Part shown: positions 10,665 through 19,873 of the stretch, piece by piece
Layout: each line of letters opens with the position of its first letter
Numbering within the stretch: the first letter of the stretch is position 1
NCBI GenBank assembly: GCA_965223705.1
Contig: OZ245015.1
Coordinates: forward strand, 3,200,001 to 3,264,000
Source of the DNA: Myxococcota bacterium
GTDB taxonomy: Bacteria; Myxococcota_A; UBA9160; UBA6930
DNA: 64,000 nucleotides
Reading direction: 5' to 3'
Notes under the pieces: generated by a model
The model's database searches: none
Told to the model about the DNA's origin: nothing
What the model saw: only the letters and a program-made list of their open reading frames with translations
Made by a program: the position numbers and the translations under genes

Positions 10665-11603
10665 ATGGAGACCCCCGTGGATCACCGCGAAGAACTCGAG
10701 GCCCTCGTCGAAACCGCGCGGATCGGAAACATGCGGCGAGCCGCCGAACGCCTCGGCCTCTCCCAGTCGACGTTGTCGGAGGCGATCACCCGCCTCGAGG
10801 GTTCCTACGGAGCGCGCCTCTTCTCGCGCGATCGTCGCGGTACACGCCCGACGGCGTACGGCGAGGTGGTCGTAGAAGCCGCCGAGCGCGCCCTGCGGAT
10901 GCTCGTGGCCGCTCGGAGGGAGGTGGGCCTGATCAAAGGCGCCGAATCCGGGCGCCTCGCGGTGGGCGGAGAGCCCGCGCTGATCGGCGCGTATTTGGCC
11001 GACGCGATTGCGCGCAGCTTGAACCGCTTCCCGAAATTGCGCTTCCGCCTGCACCCGGCCGACGCGGCGGGGGCTATCGAGGAATTGAGGGAACGACAGG
11101 TCGATATCGTCTTCGGACTGCGCCCGGACGGCCCGACGGAGGGAATGACGCTACGAGAGGTCGGTACGGCGCACGTCGTTCCTTTCGCGCGCGCCGGTCA
11201 TGCGCTGTCCGCTGCGGGGCGACGAGACCTCCGTGAGGTCTTCGAGTTTCCCATCGCCCAGGGAGCGGCACCTCGTTGGTATCTCAATCGTTTGGCGGAA
11301 ACGCTCGGCGGAGCCGACACGCGCAAGCGGCTGCCGAACGCAGCGGTCATCGTCAGCGATTTCTGGGCCGTGCGCGCGATCGTACGCCGGAGTGACGCCG
11401 TCGGGTTCTTTCCGCTGGCGACGCTGCAGGAGGATCTCGATCGCGCCGAGCTCGTTCGGATCGAGCTCAAGCCCGAACAGGAGAGGCTCCTCCGCGTCCC
11501 ACTGATCATCGCGACCCTGGAGGACCGCGCCCTGCCCCCTCTCGCCGCTCACCTGATCGGCGAGCTCGAGCGCGTCATCACGAGCCTCTCACCAGACCGG
11601 TAG
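10665..11603 (+). CDS. LysR-family transcriptional regulator
   Basis: HTH motif RRAAERLGLSQSTLSEAITRLEGSYGARLFSR..PTAYG. Divergent from the deacylase. Start could be 10635, 10665 or 10677. Confidence 0.9.
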   Translation: METPVDHREELEALVETARIGNMRRAAERLGLSQSTLSEAITRLEGSYGARLFSRDRRGTRPTAYGEVVVEAAERALRMLVAARREVGLIKGAESGRLAVGGEPALIGAYLADAIARSLNRFPKLRFRLHPADAAGAIEELRERQVDIVFGLRPDGPTEGMTLREVGTAHVVPFARAGHALSAAGRRDLREVFEFPIAQGAAPRWYLNRLAETLGGADTRKRLPNAAVIVSDFWAVRAIVRRSDAVGFFPLATLQEDLDRAELVRIELKPEQERLLRVPLIIATLEDRALPPLAAHLIGELERVITSLSPDR

Positions 11604-11629
11604 GGCACACGCGCAAGGGCGGTGGTGGC

Positions 11630-12727
11630 TCAGAAGGCGCCCGGGCGGCCGCGGCGCCTCAGTTTCCAGACGAAGCGCGAGGCGCCGAGATCGAGGCGAT
11701 CGGAAACGTCGATTCGGAAGTCGCGGTCGTGGACGGCGAGGACACCTTCGAGAACACCGCGCCAACCCTCGAACCACTCCGGCTGACATTCTCCTTCGAG
11801 CCCGCGAAACAACCGCCAGTTCATCTGTTCGATGCGCGCTTCGTCGTCATTCGTCTCGAGCGTGACCTCATCGCCGTGGGCTGCCAGCAAGGTCGCCAAG
11901 AGTGCGGGCGGCGATCGCTCCTCCGAAAGCTCCGCGACACGTTGCGCGTACTGCATTCCGATCCGCCGTCCGACGCGATAGAGCACCGTGCGACATTCGA
12001 GGGGCCCGAGCCGCTCGGCGAGGACCGGGACGATATTCCGGATGTAGTCCATCGCGTAGTTCCGCTCGACCTTGGCCAAACGCTCCGGCGGCCAGGCCGA
12101 CGCCGGCAGTTCCGGCAACGCCTCCGCTCGGATCGGGGGACACATCTCCCCAAAACGAAAGCGAACGCGCTCCTCGGGAGCGAGCGGGCGGTCTTCCTCG
12201 ATGTAGTAGCCCTCGAGTCCCGGTGCACCGTCCATCGTTTGACCTGTGCACACGAAGCCGAGCTTCGGGTTTCCGAGAGAGACTCCGTTGTGGCCGTGCC
12301 AAGCAAAAAGCATCGCCCGAGCGACGTCCGTGGGAATCGCAGCCAGCGCCGTCCCATCGAAGATCCAGCGTGGGGGCAGATACCGGACCCAGGCTTTCCG
12401 GTCCGTCTCCCGGACGTAGGCGACTCGCACCCCGCCCAAGTGGTTCGACAGGTAGTGATATTTCGCGCATGCGACGGCCGGCGGATCGTCCGCGAGGCCG
12501 AGCTTTTCGAGCCCTGGCAGAAAGCGCTCAAGGTGTTGTCGGCGAAACAACCCGAACAGGACGTCGGCCGCCTGACTCGGCCCGCGATCGACGATGAGAT
12601 CCAGGATCAAACCGGTGAGATAGCGGTGGTAGAGCTCCGCTAACGCGGCGTAGGCGCGGCCATTCTCGGCGACCGGCGTCGCCCGGGGCTGTGTCGCCGC
12701 GCGGGTGTTACGCTCGGGGGGTGTCAC
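11630..12727 (-). CDS. Hypothetical protein of about 360 aa
   Basis: Long ORF with protein-like composition (ACAKYHYLSN, RYLPPRWIFDG, WHGHNGVSLGNPKLGFVCT) filling the gap between LysR and the GrdB-like gene. Start is uncertain. Confidence 0.7.
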   Translation of the reverse strand: MTPPERNTRAATQPRATPVAENGRAYAALAELYHRYLTGLILDLIVDRGPSQAADVLFGLFRRQHLERFLPGLEKLGLADDPPAVACAKYHYLSNHLGGVRVAYVRETDRKAWVRYLPPRWIFDGTALAAIPTDVARAMLFAWHGHNGVSLGNPKLGFVCTGQTMDGAPGLEGYYIEEDRPLAPEERVRFRFGEMCPPIRAEALPELPASAWPPERLAKVERNYAMDYIRNIVPVLAERLGPLECRTVLYRVGRRIGMQYAQRVAELSEERSPPALLATLLAAHGDEVTLETNDDEARIEQMNWRLFRGLEGECQPEWFEGWRGVLEGVLAVHDRDFRIDVSDRLDLGASRFVWKLRRRGRPGAF

Positions 12728-13593
12728 AGGAAGAGCACCGCGTCGATCCGCTGCGTTTCACGGGCCGCACGATCGGGCGACTGATTACGGAACGCATCGA
12801 AGCCGAGAAGCCGGTCACCGATTTCCCCTGGACGCCGATCGAAAGGCCCCTTTCCGAGGCCAGGGTCGCGCTGCTCTCGACGGCGGGCATCTCGATGCGG
12901 GGGGATCCGCCGTTCGACATGGAAGGCGAGCGCAAGCGGCCGACGTGGGGCGACCCGAGCTGGCGCGCGATTCGGGCGGACGCCACGCCTGCTGACGTCG
13001 AGATCCATCACCTGCATATCGACACAGGCTACGCGAAACGCGATCTGAATGTCGCCCTGCCGATCGATCGCCTGCGGGAGCTCGCGGCAGCTGGCGTGGT
13101 GGGCTCCTCTGCTTCGCGCCACTACGCGATCATGGGTTTCCAAGGCAACGACCCGATGCGCGTCGTACGCGAGAGCGCAGACGAGATCGCCGCCTCTTGC
13201 CGTGAAGAAGGCGTCGATCTGCTGGCACTGGCGCCGGTCTGACCCGACTGCTGCCGGTCGGTCGGACTGGTCGCGCGACGGATCGAGGAGCTGGGCACTG
13301 CGACGGTGTGCGTCAACTTGCTCTGGAGCTTCCAGAAAATCGTCGGCATGGCGCGCGTCGCGGCGGTCGAACACCCGTTCGGTCGTCCCTTTGGCGACGT
13401 CGGCGATGCGGAGACACAGCGGGCCGTGCTGCGCGCCGCGCTCGAATTCGCGGCGCGCTGCCGCGCGCCGGGCGAAGTTGCGCACCTGCCGTTTCGGTGG
13501 CACGAAGAACCGAAGCAGACGAAATGGCATCCCCCGGAGCCCGCACCGATCATCCAGCTCATGAAGGCGCAGCTCGCGAAGAAAACCCGCTGA
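12721..13593 (+). CDS. Glycine/sarcosine/betaine reductase selenoprotein B (GrdB/PrdB)-like protein; probable selenoprotein, UxxC with Sec174 at TGA 13240-13242
   Basis: Track ORFs 12691-13242 and 13306-13593 share a frame. Motifs PLSEARVALLSTAG, GDPSWRAI, DLNVALPIDRLREL, EGVDLLALAPV-TGA-PDCCRSVGLVARRIEELGTATV and PFGRPFG match the PrdB/GrdB pattern. Confidence 0.88.
13254..13270 (+). promoter_or_regulatory. Candidate bacterial SECIS hairpin
   Basis: CCGGTC-GGTCG-GACTGG: a 6-bp stem with one G-U pair, and a loop starting GG 18 nt after the TGA. Confidence 0.45.
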
Positions 13594-13632
13594 CGGGCGC
13601 AGGCCGACGATCGCCCGACCGAGGAGACCCGC

Positions 13633-15369
13633 ATGCATGATCTCGTGATTCGTTCCGGACGCATTGTCGATGGCAGCGGCCAGACCTGTGAGACGGGAGA
13701 CATCGCGATCGACGGCGGTCGTATCCGACAAGTCGGGGGCCGCGCGGGCCCGGCCCGCCAAGAAATCGTCGCCGACGGAGCCCTGGTGACTCCGGGATTT
13801 GTCGACGTACACACCCACTACGACGGTCAAGCCACGTGGGATCCCCATCTGTCGCCTTCGGGATGGCACGGCATCACGACCGTCGTCATGGGCAATTGCG
13901 GCGTCGGCTTCGCCCCCGCGCATCCGGACAAACGCGACTGGCTCATTCAGTTGATGGAAGGCGTGGAAGACATTCCCGGCAGCGCGCTCGCGGAGGGCAT
14001 CCGCTGGGAGTGGGAAACCTTCCCCGAGTATCTCGATGCGATCGAGCGCTTTCCGCGCGCCGTTGACGTGGGCACCCAGGTTCCCCACGGAGCTGTCCGT
14101 GGCTACGTCATGGGCGAACGTGGCGCTGCAAACGAGGACCCCACCGACGAGGACATCGCGGCCATGGCTGCCATCGTCGAGGAAGGACTCCGCGCCGGCG
14201 CCTTGGGATTCACGTCTTCACGCACCATGCTGCACCGCGCGAAAGACGGCGAACCGGTTCCCGGGACGTTCGCCGGCCACGAGGAACTCATGGGATTGGG
14301 TCGCGCGTGCGGTCGCGCGGGCCACGGTGTCTTCGAACTCGCCGGCGATTTCGGCATCGGCGGTATGCGCGGCCGGTTTCATGACGACGTCGTGTGGATG
14401 CGCGATTTGTCCCGCGAAACGGGCCTGCCCGTGAGTTTCGTCGTTGCCCAGGCCAGCCATCAGCCCGACGAGTGGCGAGAGATCTTTCGTTGGCTGGAGG
14501 GCGCTGTCGCGGCGGGCGCGAATTTGCGCGCGCAGGTGGCGACACGGCCGGCGGGCATGCTGCTCAACTTCGGAAATCCGATGCATCCGTTCAAGAGCCA
14601 TCCGACGTATCGCGCCGTCGAGCACCTCCCCTTCGCAGATCGGATCGCCGCACTCTCGAAGCCCGAAGTTCGGGCGCGGCTCGTGGGGGAATCCGCCGAA
14701 GCAACGGGCAAGTTCGATGCCTTCTTCATCCGACACTTCGAAAACATGTACCCGCTCGGCGATCCTCCGGATTACGAGCCGACCGCGGACGCGAGCATCG
14801 CCGGGATCGCGACGCGGACAGGCCGCGAGCCTCAAGCGGTTCTACTCGACGCGATGCTCGCGAACGGTGGAACCGATTTCGTGTACTACCCGATCATCAA
14901 CTACGCGGAAGCGAGCTTTGAGCCGATCCGCGAGATGTTGTGCCATCCGCTGGCCCTGCTCAGTCTCTCCGATGGCGGAGCTCATTGCGGCGTGATCTGC
15001 GACGCGAGCTCGCCCTCCTACATGTTGAGCTATTGGGTACGCGATCGTTCGCGCGGTCCACGCTTGCCGCTCGAGTTCGCGGTGAAGCTTCAGACCCGGG
15101 ACACCGCCGTTGCGTACGGTCTCCACGATCGCGGTCTCCTCGCTCCGGGCATGCGAGCGGACGTCAATGTGATCGACCTCGACAACCTCCGCCTTCACGC
15201 ACCCGAGGCGGTACACGATCTCCCGGCGAGTGGGCGCCGGCTCGTACAGCGAGCCGACGGCTACCTCGCGACGGTGCAGTCGGGAGAGGTGACGTACCGA
15301 GACGGCGAAGCGACCGGGGCCCTGCCCGGTCGCCTCATCCGCGGCCCCCAGGCAGCGCCTACGCACTAA
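13633..15369 (+). CDS. N-acyl-D-amino-acid deacylase family amidohydrolase (second paralogue)
   Basis: Motifs [38 protein letters not shown] and [24 protein letters not shown]. Confidence 0.9.
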   Translation: MHDLVIRSGRIVDGSGQTCETGDIAIDGGRIRQVGGRAGPARQEIVADGALVTPGFVDVHTHYDGQATWDPHLSPSGWHGITTVVMGNCGVGFAPAHPDKRDWLIQLMEGVEDIPGSALAEGIRWEWETFPEYLDAIERFPRAVDVGTQVPHGAVRGYVMGERGAANEDPTDEDIAAMAAIVEEGLRAGALGFTSSRTMLHRAKDGEPVPGTFAGHEELMGLGRACGRAGHGVFELAGDFGIGGMRGRFHDDVVWMRDLSRETGLPVSFVVAQASHQPDEWREIFRWLEGAVAAGANLRAQVATRPAGMLLNFGNPMHPFKSHPTYRAVEHLPFADRIAALSKPEVRARLVGESAEATGKFDAFFIRHFENMYPLGDPPDYEPTADASIAGIATRTGREPQAVLLDAMLANGGTDFVYYPIINYAEASFEPIREMLCHPLALLSLSDGGAHCGVICDASSPSYMLSYWVRDRSRGPRLPLEFAVKLQTRDTAVAYGLHDRGLLAPGMRADVNVIDLDNLRLHAPEAVHDLPASGRRLVQRADGYLATVQSGEVTYRDGEATGALPGRLIRGPQAAPTH

Positions 15370-18300
15370 GGCGCGGGATCGAGCTCCCGCACGTAGGCGG
15401 CGAGTTCAGCCCGCTGCTGTGCCGAAAGGCCGGCGGCGCCGCCGTGCGCCGCGATCGCTTCCTCGAGCGTCTCGGCGGACCCGTTGTGCAAATACGGCGC
15501 CGTTCCGAAGGCGCCGCGGAGCCCGGGCGTGTCGAGTCCGGTGAGCGGCGCGCCGGGCCTTCCGCTGTCGGGCACAACCAGCGTACCGACGTTGTGACTC
15601 ACCCCGCTCGCGCTGTCGGTGAGCTGCGAACCCGTGTGGCAGCTCGCGCACGCCGTGCCGAAGAGCGCCTCGCCGGCCTGCGCCGCCGTCGTCATGGTTC
15701 CGTCCCCGTTCCGATGCGGGCTGAAATCGGTGAACGCGAGCGATGCGACGTACGCGGCCAGGGCGTCGAGATCCGCGCTGATTCCCGCTTTGGGATCGCC
15801 GAGGGGTTGTGAGCGCGTTCCGGTGTTGAACTCCGCGTCCGTCATGAGCCCGCTGCCTCCGCCGAGGGTGCGAATTTGGCTCTCGAAATCCTGAACTTCG
15901 TCGAAGTTCGCGGTCCAGTGGAGCCGTCCGTGCGCCGCCCCTCCGCGGCCGCGGAGCGAGATCGTGTTGCGCAGGCCCTCGTCGAAGCTCGTAAAATCCC
16001 ACACCCGGCCGTCATCGTCGCCTTCGTTGTGACAGCTGGCGCAACTCAGGTAGTTGTCGGTTGCCAAGCGATCATCGGCGGCATCATAGAAGTGCTGTTT
16101 GCCCAGCAAGATCGTCGGTGACAGCGTTTCCGTCGCCACGACCGAAGCCGTTACGAGCCGTGGCGCGCTCGGTGCACCCGCGCTGACCAGGGTCGCGATG
16201 TCGTGGATCCCGATGGAGCGATCCATGAACTCGTGCACATACAGACGCGTGCCGTCCGCTGAGACCGCGACGCCCTGGGGCGCGCGCCCGACCGGAATCC
16301 GCACGATCTCGGACGGACCGTTCAGATCCAGCACCCCGACCTCGCGGCTCGTTTCGAGCGCGACGAACAGATAGCGGCCGTCCGGCGAGAACGCGGCGCC
16401 GGTCGCCAGGCTCGCGTTGTCGTGGTCCCAGCGTGTAGCCACGGAAGTAGCACCCGTCGCGAGGTCGATTCTCGACGTCACGGCTCGGACCGTGGAATCG
16501 AAATCGAGCTCACCGCCGCCGCGCAATGCGCCGGCGAGGATGTTGTCCTGCTTCGAGGGTACGAAGCCCATGCTTCCGTCGGGCGAGATCACCAGTGCGT
16601 TCAAGTAGTTCGGAACGCCCGGTCCGCTCACCTCGGTCGGCGGCGCACCGCTGTGCGGCAGCAACCACGTATCCTGCCACGTCAAACTCGAGGCATCGAT
16701 CACGAGCACTTCGCCGCCGCCGCCGGCGACCGTCACGGACGCGGTCGATTCGCCGATGAGCGGAGGCGTGACGAAACGCGTCACGTAGACGCGCGAGCCG
16801 TCCGCCGACACCGAGACGTGTCGGGGGCGGACACCGATCGCAACCGCGGCTTCCGTGGCTCCCGTGACGCGATTGATCCGCACCAACTGCCCCGACGCTT
16901 CGAGGACGACAAAGAGCGTGTCACTGCCCGGAGCGAACGCCAACCCGTGGGGTTGGCTTCCCCGCGGCAGACCGACGACGCGCGTGACGGAGAGCGTTCC
17001 CGTGTCGATCACGCTGATCGTCGACGAACCTTTGTTCGCCACCCAGACCTCGTCGGCGAGGGGCGCTTTCGCGAGAGCCCAGGGCCTCGCGCCGACGGGA
17101 ACTTCGGCGAGCGTCGCGCCAGCCGCGCTTACGACGCCTACGCTGTCGTTGTCGGGGTTGACGTTCCAAGCACGCTCGGCGCCGCTGCTGTCTTCGAGGA
17201 GCAAGGTGCTCGACGCGGTGGGTGCGCCCGCGCCACCCGGGGTGAGCAGTCGCGCATCGGCCCAGTTGCCCTGATCGCCGCAGATATCACCCTGCGCGTT
17301 GTCGACGACCAACCGCAGCTCGTTCACGCCGGTGACGTCCAGGTCGACCGACTGCGTCGCGCTGTCGGGCGCGAGTGTCGAGCTGGTGAACGCCTGCACG
17401 GCGTCGAGGTACACCTCGAAGCGCACCGATCCGCACTGCCCGTCTTGGATGTCGTCCACGCCGATATCCGAGAGGAACCGCACGTAGCTGCCAGCCAGAT
17501 CGATCACGATCTCGGAATCGGCGTGAGCGCCGATTCCCTTCACGTAGGTCGTGCCATTCAAGGTGAGCGTGCCGCCGTCGGCGGGACCGGTCTCCCCATT
17601 GCTGCGGTCGCGTTCCGCCGGCCCCCAACCGTTCGTTTCCGAAAGCCAGGGCAAATCCGACAGGTAGACCGTCTGGCCCGGCGGTGGACCGGGCGGATCC
17701 GGCGGATCCGGCGGATCGGGCGGATCGGGCGGGTCCGGAGGATCGACGGGCTCTCCCGTGAGTAGTCGCGCGCCTGCCCAGTTGCCCTGATCGCCGCAGA
17801 TATCGCCCTGCGCATTGTCTTGTACCAAGCGGAGCTGTGATGCCCCGGTCACGTCGATATCGACGGACTGCGTTGCGGAGTCCGGGTACATGATCGGGCT
17901 CTCGTACGCGAGGGCGCTGTCGACGAAAACCCGGAAGATCACCGAACCACATTGGCCGTCTTGAATGTCGTCGATCCCGACGTCCGACAGAAAGCGCGTA
18001 TAAGCGCCGGCCAGGTCGATCACGATCTCCGAGTCGGCGTGCGCCCCGATTCCTTTGGCATAAGCGACACCGTTTAGCGTCAGCGTTCCGCCATCCGTCG
18101 CGCCTTGCTCGCCGTTGCTGCGATCTCTCTCCGCCGGTCCCCAGCCGTTCGTTTCCGACACCCAAGTGAGATCCGAGGCGTAGACGATGTCTCCCGTCGG
18201 TGGATCCACCGGAGGTGCTGTGGTGCGGACAACCTGGATCGTCTGCCCTACCGAAGGCACGCCGGCGCCGTCGATCGCGAAGAGCCAGTAGTAGCCGGGC

Positions 18301-19763
18301 AACAAGACGTTCGCGTTCGCGTGCATCGTGAGGTCGTAGGACCCACCGTTCGACGTGAACGAAACCGGGATGAAGCGCTGGTCGGTGTTCGTCGCATGCG
18401 TCGTTCCGGAAAGCCGGACGAGGCTGAACGCCGCGAGGTTCGCGCTTCCCGTCACCGTGACCGTCTCGCCGGCGCTGACCTGCGCGGGCGGGGTATCGAG
18501 CACAGGGCGCGGAGCGAGCGAGCCGTCGGGCGCGAACAAATAGGGCGGCGAATAGATCTGGCCGTCTTGATGGTTCTCTTCGTTGCACGATCCGCACAAG
18601 CCGCCGCCGGCGGAGAGGACGCGCCCGTCTTTCAAGAGCAAGGCGATGGAGTGGTAGTTTCGCGGGATCGCCATGTCGGCGAGCACCGTCCACGTATCCG
18701 TCGTCGGATTCCACAGTTCTGCGGCGTAGACCGTTCCGTCATCGCTGAAAGCGACGCCCGAGGTATTTCCCCCGATCACCAGGACGTCGCCCGTCGGCAG
18801 GGTCACCGAATTATGATACGCGCGCGGGAAGTTCATCGGCGCCGCGGTGGTCGTCTGGGGAGCCGGGCCGGTCAGGTCGACCCGATACACGACATTCGTC
18901 GTCGGCGGGTTTTGCGTGCGATCGGCGCCGCCGATCAGGGCGACTTCGCCCGGCGCGAACGCCACCGTGTTCCCCCACATGCGCGTGCGATTCCCGGCAG
19001 GCTGACCCAGCGTTTGTACGGAACCGCTGCCCGAGGCGTCAAAGAGATGCCAGGTCTGCGTCGGCCCCCCGTGGAAGACGCGCCCGTCCGGCATCACGGC
19101 CATATGCGGCCACCACTGCAGGTTCGATGCGGCGTTGACGGTCGGCTGCCCGTTCTCGGCGTTCTGCTCGTCGAGAAGGTCCTGCATGTCCGCACCCGGT
19201 GTGCGGATCCACACGTCATCCGTGGGGTCGTACCGTTCCGACGTGCTCCCGGCCGCACGCCCGAAGGTCTGGAAGATCGCGTTGTCGGGCATCGCGAGGC
19301 TGGTGCTGTACCAGCGCTCCGTCGTCATGTCGCTGAGGCCCTGCCACTGCAGCGAGAAGGGATTGAACGTGCTGGTCCGCGAATCCTGGGGATTGCCACC
19401 CGACGCGACGATGCTGCCATCTTCCAGGAGGGAAATCCCAGCGCAAAACATGTCGTGAAAGTTCGAGTCGACGTTGAGAAAGCTCTCATCCGTGGGATCG
19501 AAGAGCGATGCGTACGTGAAGTTCGGGCCGCTCGGGAAATCGTCGATCTCGGTGGACGCCCACGTGAGAATGCGGCCGTCCGGGAGGGTTGCCGCCGAAA
19601 CGGCGATCTCGGGCCACGCGATGACGGGACCCCAAGCGCCGACCGCGGCGGGACCGACTTGAGCGCGGGATGTGTGGGGGGAAAAAACGAGCGCTATCAG
19701 CACAAAAACCGAATGAACCAAACGCCGACACAGCGGCGCGTAGATCGCGGGTCGCTTTCGCAT
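15366..19763 (-). CDS. Secreted multidomain protein: galactose oxidase-like (AA5) Kelch domain with C-terminal Ig domain, 2x NPCBM, YVTN beta-propeller, di-haem cytochrome c
   Basis: Signal peptide ending SRA-Q. Copper-radical oxidase motifs HDMFCAG, RWYS, RNYHSIALLLKDGRVLSAGGG and THATNTDQR. Two repeats of YxSDLxWxSETNGWGPAERDRSNGE...KGIGAHADSEI. Propeller blades VPVGARP and IPVGRAPQGVAVS. Haem motifs CASCH x2 and APYLHNG. Confidence 0.88.
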   Translation of the reverse strand: MRKRPAIYAPLCRRLVHSVFVLIALVFSPHTSRAQVGPAAVGAWGPVIAWPEIAVSAATLPDGRILTWASTEIDDFPSGPNFTYASLFDPTDESFLNVDSNFHDMFCAGISLLEDGSIVASGGNPQDSRTSTFNPFSLQWQGLSDMTTERWYSTSLAMPDNAIFQTFGRAAGSTSERYDPTDDVWIRTPGADMQDLLDEQNAENGQPTVNAASNLQWWPHMAVMPDGRVFHGGPTQTWHLFDASGSGSVQTLGQPAGNRTRMWGNTVAFAPGEVALIGGADRTQNPPTTNVVYRVDLTGPAPQTTTAAPMNFPRAYHNSVTLPTGDVLVIGGNTSGVAFSDDGTVYAAELWNPTTDTWTVLADMAIPRNYHSIALLLKDGRVLSAGGGLCGSCNEENHQDGQIYSPPYLFAPDGSLAPRPVLDTPPAQVSAGETVTVTGSANLAAFSLVRLSGTTHATNTDQRFIPVSFTSNGGSYDLTMHANANVLLPGYYWLFAIDGAGVPSVGQTIQVVRTTAPPVDPPTGDIVYASDLTWVSETNGWGPAERDRSNGEQGATDGGTLTLNGVAYAKGIGAHADSEIVIDLAGAYTRFLSDVGIDDIQDGQCGSVIFRVFVDSALAYESPIMYPDSATQSVDIDVTGASQLRLVQDNAQGDICGDQGNWAGARLLTGEPVDPPDPPDPPDPPDPPDPPGPPPGQTVYLSDLPWLSETNGWGPAERDRSNGETGPADGGTLTLNGTTYVKGIGAHADSEIVIDLAGSYVRFLSDIGVDDIQDGQCGSVRFEVYLDAVQAFTSSTLAPDSATQSVDLDVTGVNELRLVVDNAQGDICGDQGNWADARLLTPGGAGAPTASSTLLLEDSSGAERAWNVNPDNDSVGVVSAAGATLAEVPVGARPWALAKAPLADEVWVANKGSSTISVIDTGTLSVTRVVGLPRGSQPHGLAFAPGSDTLFVVLEASGQLVRINRVTGATEAAVAIGVRPRHVSVSADGSRVYVTRFVTPPLIGESTASVTVAGGGGEVLVIDASSLTWQDTWLLPHSGAPPTEVSGPGVPNYLNALVISPDGSMGFVPSKQDNILAGALRGGGELDFDSTVRAVTSRIDLATGATSVATRWDHDNASLATGAAFSPDGRYLFVALETSREVGVLDLNGPSEIVRIPVGRAPQGVAVSADGTRLYVHEFMDRSIGIHDIATLVSAGAPSAPRLVTASVVATETLSPTILLGKQHFYDAADDRLATDNYLSCASCHNEGDDDGRVWDFTSFDEGLRNTISLRGRGGAAHGRLHWTANFDEVQDFESQIRTLGGGSGLMTDAEFNTGTRSQPLGDPKAGISADLDALAAYVASLAFTDFSPHRNGDGTMTTAAQAGEALFGTACASCHTGSQLTDSASGVSHNVGTLVVPDSGRPGAPLTGLDTPGLRGAFGTAPYLHNGSAETLEEAIAAHGGAAGLSAQQRAELAAYVRELDPAP
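17683..17745 (-). repeat. 9-nt tandem repeat encoding a (DPP)n proline-rich linker
   Basis: About six GGCGGATCC/GGCGGATCG-like units on the + strand, lying between the two NPCBM domains. Confidence 0.85.
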
Positions 19764-19873
19764 CTCGATCGTTCCTCTGTTTTCCGGTCCTCCTGAGACG
19801 TCCGGTGACTACACGAGACTATTTCGACATATATGGATTTCGAAATGGGCAAAAACCCACAGAAGCAAAAAAA

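Noticed and set aside
3609..13593. Calling the three split genes pseudogenes or pairs of small ORFs
   Set aside because: No frameshifts or other decay were seen, the downstream halves lack convincing RBS/starts, and all three stops are TGA at the catalytic site.
17683..17745. Tandem repeat as a CRISPR or phase-variation tract
   Set aside because: The 9-nt unit preserves frame, has no spacers and encodes a Pro-rich linker.
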